Source of the DNA: Cycas panzhihuaensis
Lineage: Eukaryota > Plantae > Cycadophyta
Length of the DNA stretch: 64,000 bases
Direction: 5' to 3'
Assembly: GCA_023213395.1 (NCBI GenBank)
Contig: CM041465.1
Coordinates: 69,385,741 to 69,449,740 of the forward strand
Part shown: positions 1 to 13,400 of the stretch, piece by piece
How positions within the stretch are numbered: position 1 is the stretch's first letter
How the letters are laid out: each line of letters begins with the position of its first letter
Made by a program: the position numbers and the translations under genes
The notes under the pieces: generated by a model
What the model saw: the letters and a program-made list of their open reading frames with translations, nothing else
Told to the model about the DNA's origin: nothing
Database searches by the model: none

Positions 1-3000
1 TGAAGAGAAGATGTAATCATTTGAAGATCATTAAAGAGGAGTTCCCAACTCTAACCTTGTCTCATGGTTTTTTTCACATTGGGCTTTCAACGTCTAAATC
101 TATTGTTGATCTTGTGAAGCATGCTTCTTATGTTTATAGTTCATATTATTATTTGATATGTTGATCTTCCATTACATGAATTGTGTATATTTCTCATAAT
201 ACAATTAATTGATTATATATATTTAATATACTTCCTACATACATAATGAATACATTCCAATAAGATATCACAGTGAAATTCTAAATTCTCACATGGTATC
301 AAGGCCATGTTATGAAATATCTTGTGAAGCAGATTAACGATTATACAAACTAGTGATAGACCCAGTATAGGCACTTGTATGAGGTGTTTTCTTATGAGTT
401 AAGAGCTAATTATGCTAATGATATGAGTACGATTCTAGGACAAGATGGAGTTGAGGATGAGATCCACATACAAATTATGATAAAACCACATACATATGAT
501 GAAAGTTACATATAATGATGATAGACAGTATAAGGAGATTTATCTTTGGTTTGCATAGCTCCTAAGCAGATTAAAGAGAGAGGAAGATGTTATTTGCCAT
601 CCTATGAATTTGCTACGATCACGCCCGAGTGAATAATTACCCAATAGACAGAGCAATTTAATTACTCAGATCATTCATAGCAAAAAAAAATTATAAAATC
701 ATGATCATGAATTCATTGTTTATTTTTTATAAGTTGATTTTTTAATCTAATAAAAAAAAATTGCATTGATATTACTTAATTTAATTATTTTTAATTGATG
801 GTTGAAATCCATGATATAGCCCCATTTGCATGAGTATACGGTTACATGGGTAAGCTTTGATGATTGAGGGCTAAAAGACAAAGGAGGTAGAATTAAAAAT
901 TTGTAAGTTATATTGTAATCTCTTTGTAAATTCAAAAATGGAGTTAACGAAACTGAATTTCATTTGGAATTTATGCCTTAGAACTCCAATACTTAACAAT
1001 TGGTCATATGGAATAATTATGTGACCAACAACCAAATGCCAAAAGGGGCTAAATGAATTTTCTTAAGGATTGTATATTTTTTTAATGACATACTAGCATA
1101 TTTTTAACCATAAGTTTTCACTAGAGTGTTTATTTTTTGAATCATTAGTTGCCTTGGAAAGAGCACTTCAATATGATCAAAATAAGTGGTTGTAAGACAT
1201 ATTTAAAAAATAAGAATATAGAGATTGTAATGGTTAAAGTTGATCAAAATGGTTTTGACCTTATAAAAGATGTATTTTTTGAGCAATTTAAAATATATTT
1301 TGATGTGTTTTAATATTTTTAAAAACTTTAAAGATCATGATGATATTATTAATGATTATTAAAGAAAGAAAAAGTTTCATTCAAAATAAAGATATTTAAG
1401 ACTCATTTATGATAATTCAAAACTTAAACTGATGAAAATTCATGATGTGGCAACATATTTGAAGCGATACTGACATGGAAATCTTTTGACATATGCTAGA
1501 TATAATGCAAATCCCCTTTAGTATTGAATACATTTGATGAAGTATTATGGCTAACACTAATCAAATGCAATGATCACTTGATTTATTAAACACCTATTTG
1601 AATGAATGATTTATGACACCACTTGATATTGATAAGAGGCCTAACTGTTTACTTGTTAGAGAGATAAGTTGATGTAATAATTGAGTGAAAATTTCATCCA
1701 TTTATGAGACATGGAGAAGAGATCCTATACATCATTTACTTGACACACCAAATCCAATGGTTAAGGTTATCCATTTAGTATATGATAAGTGTTTGTTAGA
1801 AAGAAATCTAACTTACTATATATGACAAGAACCATGGAACACACTGTTTATATTACCTTGTTACAACTAACTTGACTTGGCCATGTTTCCAAAGTTAATA
1901 TGTTTAGATGATGGATTTGTTAATGCTGATGAGATTAATGGTTACCAAAAGAAAGTTGCAGATATGTGTAGAAAAGATAATGAAGGTAGCAAATAAGTTA
2001 TTTGCTCATTTGTAAGAGGTAAGATGAATGAGACTACTCTTGTATAATACACAAATTATGGTGTTATTTTCGTATGTCAAAGGCAGGATATTTTATGCTA
2101 CTCTTGTAACAACATTTTGCTTAATAGCTAAGTGTTGTTTTTGTTTGTTGATGAACCATATATATGAAACACATATTAAAAAACTGGCAATTACATATAT
2201 TTAAGTAGATGGTGGTTGTTTTATATAGACATCAGTAATCAATTTTATTCATGAGTTTGTTTAGATGATAGATTGATAGAATTGATGTTTACAACAACGT
2301 TATAGGTGAAGATATGAAATTATTTAAGAAAATACTTCATATAAACATGATAAGTGAGATTCATGAATTGATGTTGGTTAATTGATGATATGTCACAGGT
2401 TAATAACTTACAAGAAATAACCATGATGTTGATAGATTTATAAGTTACAGATGATACAGATATATTTAAATTAATACTGATTTGATATAGGTTACAAGTT
2501 TATAGATTTCAACATATAGGAAAGCATAAAGACATAAAGATCAAGGTTAATTAAAGACTTGAAGATTTAGAGACAATAAACATTAAGGGGGAGTGTTAGA
2601 ATATGTGATAGTTTCACATTTTTAATATTTAATGTGATATAGTAGACTTACATAAAATTTCACTGACTAAAAGCATTGATAGATATGATATGTGCAATTA
2701 TTTATGTAAACATCCTATTAGATGATGAAAAGGCTCAAGAGACATTATACGCTATTCATGAGGTGACATATCTATAAATATATGCATATATCACTTGAGA
2801 ACTTGAGAAAGTATTAAGAAAGGTCATTGAAGAGGAAATGTAATTATTTGAAGATCAGTAAAGAAGAGCTCCCAACTCTAACCTTCTCATGTGGTTTTAC
2901 CCACATTGAGCTTTCTACATATAAATCTGTTGTCTATCTTGTGGTACATGCTTCTTATGTTTATACTTTATAGTTTATATTATTTTTTGATACATTAATC

Positions 3001-3127
3001 TTACATTACATGAATTATATATATTCCTTATGATATAATTAATTGATTATACATATTTGATATACTTCCATTGCACATAATGAGTACATTTCAATAAGGT
3101 ATCAATGTGAAATTCTAAACTTTTACA
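1..3127 (+). mobile_element. Element E1: non-autonomous Copia-type LTR element, 5' LTR cut by the window edge
   Basis: 1-293 aligns with 2828-3127 (~85% by eye). PBS tggtatcaaggcc 294-306, PPT aagggggag 2585-2593, 3' LTR TG...CA 2594-3127. The 2.3-kb interior has no long ORF, only faint pol-like remnants. Confidence 0.85.
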
Positions 3128-3828
3128 GCTTTTTCATCATTCTTTGAGCTTCTATCCATATTAAGGTTACCCTTAACTTTTGTCACTATCTTGCCAAGGT
3201 TAGAGACATGGGCCCCTTATGTTTCTAAGATTATCTCCATTACTATCATGCCTCTTTCACTTTAAGTGATTTGAGGTGTCTATAATACACTTCCTTCTAA
3301 TATGTTAATGGACCTATCCTTGTTCTCACATTTTAATAATACATCCCTCTCTTATGATCATCATACTTTATGCTCCTTAGTCCAATATATTGCCCTTTGT
3401 TTGTTTGACTTTGGGAATCTTTTACTTGAAAGTATTTTAGGTGGCATTAGGTGGTCCCTTGGCTATCGTTGTTTGGTAAAATTAATGGATAAACATGTTG
3501 TTGTTATGGAGTACCCTGCATATGAAAATATACAAAATAAATTTGTGATAAGCCTACTTGAAGAGATGTTGTCAAATAGTCATGTGATTTTGGCATAATG
3601 ATTATGTTTTTAATATATAAATAAACATACTATATGCAAAGAATATCACTCATTATGTAATTAATTCATTGTTTTCAAAGTTGTCAAGAGTTATGCATCT
3701 TGGAGATTAGCCCCCTCCGATCAACCAAGTGCACTAATATTAAGTGGTTGACCCATACAAATCACCTCAAATGGTATTGGAGTAGTTTTGATTCTCAAGG
3801 ATGATAGGAAATCATCTATTTACCAAAG

Positions 3829-3830
<2 letters not shown>

Positions 3831-3883
<53 letters not shown>
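3831..3883. repeat. Compound (TC)n(TA)n microsatellite
   Basis: Seen directly. Confidence 0.95.
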
Positions 3884-3885
<2 letters not shown>

Positions 3886-4599
3886 AGTGATAATTAGTGA
3901 TAAAACTCCAGAACATCCCTACTCTTGTAAGACCATCACCATCCTATTCATCATGGTTCTTTTGCTCGTCACTATCCATACAAGCTCCCATATTCTAGGA
4001 TCTAGTAGTTCAAGTGGTTTCTCTCATGTAAAGAGTTTAATCATTGTGCAGATAAGCTGTTCACAAATAATAATCTTTTCAACACAATACATTTATATAT
4101 GGATTAAAATGCATGTAAGGGTGCATAATTTAACAAGTAAACACACACCATAAAACTTATTAAGAGGATGTCATGTAACTCAGGACAATGCAAGCCACCT
4201 TCTCAGAGTGGCATCTACACATAGATCTTCTTGTGCGTAAGAAAAAGATACTCACACAAGTCATGATAGGTTATGCATGGTATGAAGTCAACAAGCATTA
4301 AAAAGCATAAACAATATGAAAAATAATAATAGAATAAAAATAATCAAGGCTTAAACTAACATTAGCGCATTATAGAGTTTTTTTTTGTTTCCTCTAGCAA
4401 AGATGAGGGAATATTTTGTCTAGTTTGAATTCAAAACATTGAATGTTCTAATCATAATTTTTTCGTACCAAATCTAGACTTTAATCAAGAGGCAATAGCG
4501 ATAAATACTAAAATAAATAGTGAAATGTTTGGGATTAATAGAGAATTAAGAAAAAATTGGCAATAATATGAAAATTTTGAAGAAAGAAAATGAGATCAA

Positions 4600-7500
4600 T
4601 TTAAAAAACATGAATCAAATATACAAAAGACAATGGAGGCTTTTAAAGATCTGGTCAAAAAGTTAGATTCAAACTCAATAAGCTCAAGCTCCAATAAAAA
4701 CATTTAACACAAGTAATCCACAAGGTATACCCTAGAACAAGTTTTGAGATAAAATTGGCATTCCCAAGCTTGAAAAAGAAATAGATATGAAACCCAAAAT
4801 TTGGATGAATTAGAGGCCTACTTCAAAATTAACCCCAAAAACGATGATGGAAGAATAACTTACGTGTTACTACGTCTAGAAGGAAATGCATACATACGGC
4901 TTTTATGATGGAAGTAACAAATGTAGAATGTAATTGTTAACTAGCAACCTTCACTCAAGATTTCTTGAAATAATATGAAAAGACATAGGATAAAGATTAC
5001 TTCAACCAACTGACTCAATTTTGACAAACAAAATTAGTGGATGAATGCACCAATAGGTTCTAGCCCTTAGCCACCTGAGTTGACAACATGCCAAAAGAGT
5101 GGGTACTAGAAACATACATTAGGAGACTTAGGGAGGAATCAAAAGAAGAATTAAAACAACAATCTCCAAAAACACATTCAAGAAGCTATCCAAAAAGTAA
5201 GGCACTTTGAACAAGTGGTTTTATGGAGGAATAAGGGATCTAACATTTATTAAATGGATTGGTATACAAAGAGATTTAATGTTATAATTGATAAAAAATG
5301 GTTAGACTTGAAAACCAACCAAAGTTATGCTAATAAGAACCCAACAATACCTACCACACCTGTTAATAGAGATGGCTAAAGCAAATAGGATATAGATCCA
5401 TATAAACTAAGAACGAATATTATTGAGCTTAGGTCATAAGGAGTCTATTCCTTTTGTGCCTAAAAGTGGAGCGAGGATGACCACTATCATGAAAGAAGAA
5501 TATTTCTAACACTAGCCAAAGAGCAGTAGGTGGGACCTAAACTAAACAAGAATAAAGAAGTAATCAATGTAGAAACTGAAGTGGGTGTAACAAAGGTCAA
5601 ATTATAAGCTAGAATAAGAGAGGACCCAACTAAGATATGCTTAGCAATCATTACAAGAATTACAACTCCTCAAACTCTATCTATACTCTAAGAAAAACAT
5701 TGTGGCATATTGTACTATCTCTGCATCTTAATAATATCCCATAGAGATCATGTGGATTTACTTTTCTATGCTAATATTAATTTGCTTTAGCTTTAACTAC
5801 TCGCTTTGAACTATTTTTCCATCTTGGTTCAATGCATAAGCTCAAGTTTAATCAATTGCTTAAAATTATTAGTTACATTAAGAAGAAAGGAGTAGTCATG
5901 CTTATTAATTTGGGCATTATGCACAATTGTATCACAGAGGTTACGTAGAAAGGCTTAAGGAATATATTTACCCCACAAACCAATTCCAAGTAATGATTAT
6001 TAATGGAAGGTCTATTAAATGTAGAGGAATGTATCAAAAAAATGGAACTAGTAATGGAAGAGTGCTCTTTCAAAATCTAAATGTATTTGGTCCCAATAGG
6101 TAGTGTGGATGTAGTCTTGGGATCTGAATGGCTAAGAATGCTAGGTACAATTATATTGAACTTGGAAGAACTATTTATGAGATTCAAATCTAAAGGAAAT
6201 TTTTACACACCCTAGAGTTTCACTTTGGCAAAAACATAATTTGTATCATCCCACAAGATGGAGAAGTTATTAAAAAAAAGATTTTCGAGTTTTGTTACCC
6301 AATACTTTTCCCTAGAAATAAAGATTATGGAAGATTCAAATATACATGGTATGTAAGAAATTACATATAAACATTTAGAAGTACTTAGGGATCTTTCAAC
6401 AAGGTCGCCCCCAAATTGCCACATGGAACATGTAGTTGAATCACAAGAAGGATCAAACCACAAGAACAAGATGGAAGTAAGCATACAAGACTTGTTAAAG
6501 ATAGGGTTATTTCACCTAGTAGAAGTCTAAATGCTACCATAGTAGTCATAGCAAGGAAAAAATTTGGTTCCTTTTGCGCGTGCATAGATTTCCACATATT
6601 GAATAAACTATTAAGAATAACTTTACTATTCCTAGAATTGATAACTTCTAGATGAACTACATGGAGCTAAATATTTTACTAGACTAAATTTATGTTATGG
6701 TTATTATCAAATACACATCTGTAGAGAAGACACCCCTAAAACGAACTTCCCTACTTTTATAGGTAATTATGAATTTAACTCCATGCCCTTTGGTCTGACA
6801 AATACTCCAACCATTTTATGGGTTGTCATAAACAAAACCTTTTAACCCTGATTAAAAAAACTCGTTCTCCTCTTGTTTAATGATATCTTAGTATCTAATA
6901 AGAGATGGAATAAGTACCTATTACATGCCAACATGGTATTATAGACCTTAAGAGATAATGAGTTTTATGCCAAGAAATCCAAGTATACCTTTGATAAATA
7001 AGAGGTGGAATATTTAAGACATATTGTATCAGTAAATGGCATCAATATGGATCTAAGGAAAAAACTAAAGACATATTGGATTGGCCAAATCCAAAGCATA
7101 TAACCAAATTACGCAGATTCCTAGTTCTCATAGGATATTATAAAGGATTCATAAGAAATTATACCTACATCACAACTCCTCTAACTAATTTATTAAAAAG
7201 AGATTCATTCACATGGAATAAGGTAGCTCAACAAAGCTTTGAATGTCTTAAGCATTGTATGACTACTACTCTAGTTCTTAGTATCCTTGATTTTTCAAAA
7301 CCCTTCACCTTAGAATGTGATGCACTAGAATTAGAATATGAATTACATTCTAAAGTCAAAGGCTAAACTCTCATGAGTAGTTAAGTCTGCGTACGATAAA
7401 GAAACACCAACAATAATACATGCTCTAGTTAAATAGAGGCAACCCCTGTTAGGAAGTATATTTTAAGTCCAAATTGATCACGATAGCCTAGAATACTTCC

Positions 7501-8790
7501 TTCATAAAGAGCATTAACTCCTAAGCAACAAAGATGGGTAAACAAACTTTAGGCATCTGATTTCTAAACCCTTTACAAAAAAGGAAAGGAAAATAAGGTG
7601 GTTGACACCTTATCTAAACGAGATAAAGAATCCATGCTATGCTTTGCTACCATATTTATTCCATCATGGATTGAAGACATTCAAGCCAAATATGCTAAAG
7701 ATAAGGAAATCTTAGATATCATAAAGCAATTGCAAAAGGGAACATTACATCTAAACAATAAATATGAGTGGAGAAATAAAATCCTCTGGTTTAAGGGTCA
7801 TAATTATCTTACTCCAACATCCAAGTTCAAAAACAAAATTTTGTGGGAAAGTCGTTTGATACCCATAATAGGTCATACAAGATTTTTTAAAGCGTATTTA
7901 AGGGTTTGTTAATCATTCTACTAGAAGGGAATGAAAAGGGATATCCAAAAATTTGTGATGAAATGCAATATTTGTCAAACACATAAGAATGAAAACATAG
8001 CCACTCCTGGTCTTTTACAATGTTTGCATATCCTAGATCAAAAGTGGGTAGAAATATCCATGGATTTCCTAATAGGACTTCCTAAATTAGAAGGTCAAGA
8101 TAGTGTTTTTGTAGTTGTCAATAGACCAACAAAATATGTTCACATTATTGGAATTTAATCAACTTTTGAAGTAGGGCAAATTGCAAATGTTTTTATGAAG
8201 TCTATTTTCCATCTTCATAGATTCTGTAAAATTATTTCCAGTGATTTGAGATTCAAATTCATGAGTATTTTTTGGAGAGAGTTATTTAAGCAAGCATACA
8301 AGGCTTTGACAACGAGTACGACTTACCATCCACAAATAGACAACTAAATTAAAGTAGTTAATAAATGCTTAGAAGTATATTCCTGGAGTTTTGCCTTAGG
8401 AAAACTCAACTAAGTATCAGTGGCTTCACTCAACATAATAGTGGTATAATGCAACCTTCCACATATCCATTAAAATGGCCTCTTCTATGGCATTGCATAG
8501 ATGCAAACCTCCATCCATACACTAATATTCAATATTATACAAGAGTTCAAATAGTAAAAGAGTTTAACAATCACAAAAAATCATGAAAGTCCCCAAGGAG
8601 CATTGGAAATTGATTGTATTAAAATGAAATGTTAAGTAGATCAACATCAATTTGACTAAAATTTTCACATAGGAGATTAGGTCTATGTAAGACTATAGCC
8701 ACACAAACAAGCATCCCTTAAGGATTCAACTAAAGGGAAATTAGCTCCAAAATTCTACACACCTTATCAAATATATTGATTAAAGAAAAC
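4600..8790 (+). mobile_element. Decayed Ty3/Gypsy gag-pol region (chromovirus-like by inference), 3' truncated, LTRs not resolved
   Basis: Order PR-RT-RH-INT. Protease remnant PQTL..KIISYIKKKGVVMLINLG (interrupted by ~180 bp at ~5680-5860). RT MPFGLTNTP at ~6783. ORF 7076 WPNPKHITKLRRFL..DFSKPFTLECDA. Integrase GHT..CNICQ..WVEISMDF (7598-8158). KLAPKFYTPY at ~8740-8767. Many stops and frameshifts. Confidence 0.9.
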
Positions 8791-8833
8791 CTATACAACA
8801 TTGATTGTTAATTCATTAAGTACCACATATGTG

Positions 8834-9080
8834 GCCAAAGTGGGTTTGGTCTCTTGGTAAAGTAATGGGGTTTCCACACTTTTCCCAAGGTTCAATTCCT
8901 CAAGAATACTTGGTGTGTGTATGTTCGCTACACACCTCACATCATGTGTTCTAGTGGGCATCTTGTCTTGATGTGTGGTTATGACTTGCACCACACATTG
9001 TGTATGTGGGTGTGCATGCATATGATTGCATGTAATACTTCCAGTCAATTGAAAGCCTTCTTCATAACAATAATAAAAAA
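8834..9080 (+). mobile_element. Putative tRNA-derived SINE
   Basis: Box-A-like tggtctcttgg 8847-8857, box B ggttcaattcc 8889-8899 at tRNA spacing, A-rich tail 9071-9082. Degenerate 16-bp TSD aagtaccacatatgtg (8818-8833) / aagtactgtagatgtg (9081-9096), 12/16 match. Confidence 0.6.
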
Positions 9081-9669
9081 AAGTACTGTAGATGTGAGCT
9101 GAATGGCTTCATAGTATTTATAACTTTTAGGTAGCTGACATGACTAATAAGAAGAACATAATAATTACTTAGAGATTGAGATTTCCCAATAAAAAGCCAA
9201 ATAGGTATAATTAAAGCATACAAATTAAATGCTTTGAAAATTATTACTACAAAAATCCTAGATCATAGGAAATGTTTATTACACAAAATAGCTTGGCTAT
9301 TTGGCCTTGGTGATGTTAAAATTAATTCAATAAAATTCAAAATGTGTTCATTATTGTTAGTGTTTTCAACTAAACTGGATGTGGCCAATTAGTGTTGTTC
9401 CACATGCCATTCATTATTGACTTCTAATCTTCCCCTCACTCAACCTTTTGTTGAATAAAGAGGATAGTGAAGATATGAAAAAAAGTCGAAAGGATTTTTC
9501 TACAAGAAGTTTCTGCCCTACATCAAAAACCCCTTATTTATGGATGGAATAATTCAACATATTTTTTTGACACCCTTCTTCTTTAAATCATTAAAAAATA
9601 AGCCATTAGACACTACTCCATCATCGTTATGCTAAATATATATATTCATCAATGTACATATACAACTTC

Positions 9670-9931
9670 TATTAAAATAATGAACATTATATTTTATGCA
9701 CTTCCTTCTATTTCTATACTATAGCCATCATTCTATTTTGTACTTTAGTCATTCTTCAGTACACCATTGTGAACTCAAGCTAACATTCTTAGTAAGTTTT
9801 GCATGATGGATAAATGCCACTCATGCATGCCAAGATTTTGATGTATATATGTAAGCCATACTTGGTGAAATATAGAATTGAGGATTTTTTTCATTCACTG
9901 TATATATTTGTAAGTCTTATGAAAATTTACA
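9670..9931 (+). repeat. 5' LTR of A
   Basis: Aligns with 58059-58320 and is followed by a Met-type PBS. Confidence 0.9.
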
Positions 9932-10118
9932 TGGTATTAGAGCTTAGGTTGTGAGTTTCTATATTTTCTTGAAGGGACCAAGTATAAAGGCTTCAAGGTG
10001 TCTAGTTTATACATGTGAAACCCCAAGGCAAAGCTAAGACATTTGTTATTGTCAATAGATATTTGTTTTCTTAAATCTTGCCCTTGGCATTTCATGCTAT
10101 TAGAACATTGTTTCTAAG

Positions 10119-10360
10119 ATGTCCCTGTCTAAGACATTATCATCTCTGATCTCTTTTTACCAAGACGAATCAAAACTGTCTAAAGCAAAGGTTTGTGGAC
10201 ATTCTCTATATAATATCTTCATCTCAAGAAAGCAAATGTCTTTGTCCGAGATGACATCTTCTCTGACATTGTCCGGCCAAGATGAATCATGATTAGCTAA
10301 AAGTGGCAGTCTATGGACATTCTCCATGGAGTCTCTTCATCTTGAGAAAGCAAGTGTCCT
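10119..10360. repeat. Diverged tandem duplication (~117-bp unit) in the 5' leader of A
   Basis: tgtc..ccaaga(c/t)gaatca..tggacattctc..tcttcatct..agaaagcaa occurs twice. Confidence 0.7.
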
Positions 10361-10442
10361 TATGTCTTTTCTCCACGTGGGTTCCATCTCGAGAAAGTAG
10401 TGATCGCTTAAATATCCTCACCTTTTCAAGCATGGGAATCTC

Positions 10443-13400
10443 TATTAGCATCTTTATGTTTCATCATTAAGTAATGTATTATTATTTATCATATTATACT
10501 TAATGTATAATGTGCACTTTATGTAATATTATATGAACTTGTTCACTTGATCCATGAAAATACTTCTCACTTCATAGATGAGTGACAAGTATCAGAATCA
10601 CATGGATTCACTTACATTGATCCAAGTGAACTATTCACATATAATGGATATGTGACCTGCCATAATCCTAAGTACTCACACTATTTAAAGGGACCACTTC
10701 CCTCATTATCCTATGTTGAATAGTGTATGCAATGTTATGTTAGGTGAATGCAATTAGAGTAATGATCAATCCCATCTCCTCATTTGTTTTGATTTTGCTA
10801 TTGTGTGTTGATCATTATCTCTCCAATTCACTTGGCTCAAGATCCTACTTTTCTCATTTTGGCATTAGAGCTCTTTAGATTGATAATTGAGCAAGTTTTA
10901 TGTTGTGAGAGTTGGCTTAAATTTTTTAAGCTTGTTATTTTTAAAATACAGTTAAGAGGAAATTTCTTTTGAGAAAATCACTTTACTTTATTGGATCTAA
11001 TCCCTCCATTATTGTCTTGAATTTGGAATTTTGTAGTGAGTAATCTTTGCAGTTGAGTGTTTACTCAAGTAATATATATTTTTTTTCATTATTAAAAGAC
11101 CTACACTAAAAGTTCTTTAGGCATCTTTCATTTGTTTACTTATAACTCTACTTTGTTTTGAGCGTTGCACTTTGTGCTGGGTACATTGCTCTCATTCCAT
11201 TATTGGTCCCTCTAGTTCTTGATATCTTCTTGGATGGATTTTTTTGTGACCTAGTTGGATTGTGCTAGGCAACTGTTTTTTCATTTGGATTGTGCTTAAG
11301 GCATCTAATTTTCTATTGGGCATCTCTCTTTTTTTGCTAGGCATCTCATTTCCATCTAGCGTCTAGTTGTTCTCATGTGTTTCATTGGCGTATGGCATCT
11401 GACTATCCCTACACAGCTCATTGGCGTATGGCATCTGACTATCCCTACACGGCTCATTGGCGTATGGCATCTGACTATCCCTACACGACTCATTGGCGTA
11501 TGGCATGGTAAGTGCCTCACTGGTAAGCATGTCTTGCTTGGGATACTTCCATGGACTTGTAAATCGAAGAACAACATTTGCACAACAATAAAATCGACAT
11601 GGAAATTTGCATGTAGTTGATGAAAATTTGATGTCTAGCAACAATAGAAAACTTCAATTTTGAATAGAATTTTTTTTTTTATCTTTCCTAAGTTCACTAA
11701 CTTAGAATACGTACATTAAATTGTTTCACATTCTATTTCAAGTTTGGTGTTTTAAAAAAGTTTTAGCCCTTGTTTTCATTCAATTAGGGATCATATGGTT
11801 TAAAGGGCCAAGTGTTTCTTTAAGAACCCTTATAGTACTTTTCCAAAAAAATAGAGATCACTTTTTTATAGTATTTTTCAATGCTCTCTTCATTTCCTAT
11901 TCAAAATTGTAATTTAGTATATTATCCAAGCACTTTTTTCTTTTTCAGGTACTAAAATAGTGGTTTTTAAGTGTCAAAAAAGCCACACTCACCTTAATAA
12001 AATAATTTTTTGTGGTATGTGGGTGGCCATCTTTTCTGGTTTTATGTGTCTCTAGTTAGCTTTCATTTCAGTTGTCTTTTTATGTTTTTGGAATAAGATC
12101 TAATTTAGCATCATTTCAAGTAGTATTAAAGCTTTATTTTTAGTGTATCAAATATTTGTATTTTTGAGAGTATAAATGTAAGATTTTCAAAAAATATATA
12201 TTGTAAATTTTAGTCAACCAGGTTTGTTCTATAAATTTTGCATGGTTATATCTTAGGTTTTGGAGCAAAATTGCAAAAATTGTAGCGAATTTAGTTTTGA
12301 TCTATTATCCATCGTTATCTTTAGGGTCTAAAATCTACAACTGCAACTTCAAATAACCATAACTTTAGCTAAAGTGTCTGATTGATCTCAAATATTTTTT
12401 TGAATAGATGTGTCTTAATGTCTACTTTCTATCAAAAGTGGTTTCATTGATTAGATATCAAAGTAAAGTTATTAATATTTTGGTAATAGGTACTGCTACA
12501 GTCTCTAAAAAACTATAATCATGACCCACCTTAGAAGGGCCATAACTTTTGCTACGTGTATTAGAATTCAATTTCGTCTAAAGAGTTGAAATCATGATTT
12601 AGAGACCATCATTTTGAGGTATTATTTAATATTTTTAGAGCTAACTTAATATAGTAGTTATTATTTAAAATTAATATTTAATTATGGAGTTAGATATCCC
12701 TATTTTCATGAGAGAGGAAGAAGTATGACCCATAGAATTATTAGATAAGGTTGAAGCATGTTTTAAAATTATTAAAACATTAAAAATTATATTTTATCTA
12801 ATTATTGAGCTTTATTTGGGTGAAAAGGTTTGTGCATGGGCCTCTAATGTGTCTTGTTGGAATGAGTGGGAACACTTATAAAAATGACCTCTCATACTCT
12901 TTGACAAACAAATTGGAAGGTGGTGGCTTAAGTACCAGGATAAGTACATTGGCGAATATGCCTTTGATGAAGCTTTTACAAATTTTAAGAATAAATGTCA
13001 AGAGAGAAACCATGAAAACCTTCTTTAAGAAATCAATGCCAGAACTCTAGAAATCATGGCTAAATTAGGAATTCATTAGGAGAAAGTAAAAGATCGGGTA
13101 GGAGAAAGAGAAGAACAAATTAACAAACTAAAGAACAATTTATCGAAGATCCTATTGGTAAATAATATGGTGAAAGTGTAAGTAACATGCATAAATTAAG
13201 CATGGAAATACTTGGCAATGAGGAGATATCAAGCGAAGGAATACCTATTAAGGAGGAGCTCAAAGAAGGAAGTGACGTACAAGACATCTCTTGGAAGGCA
13301 CTTGTTTTAAAATCTAATCTTATCATGGATTTGTTTATGTTTTTAGAAGTTTCCTTGTCCATCTTGATTTCCCAGATTCTATAGCCTTGAAAAATTCCTC

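Noticed and set aside
3788-4153. 121-aa ORF
   Set aside because: It runs through a microsatellite and has no recognisable homology.
3595-4380. 5' LTR/PBS of the Gypsy at 4600-8790 (tggtattggagt at ~3772)
   Set aside because: No second LTR to confirm it and the PBS is degenerate, so boundaries are left unassigned.
11382-11506. 36-bp repeat as a CRISPR array
   Set aside because: Units are contiguous with no spacers, there are no cas genes, and the context is a plant TE.
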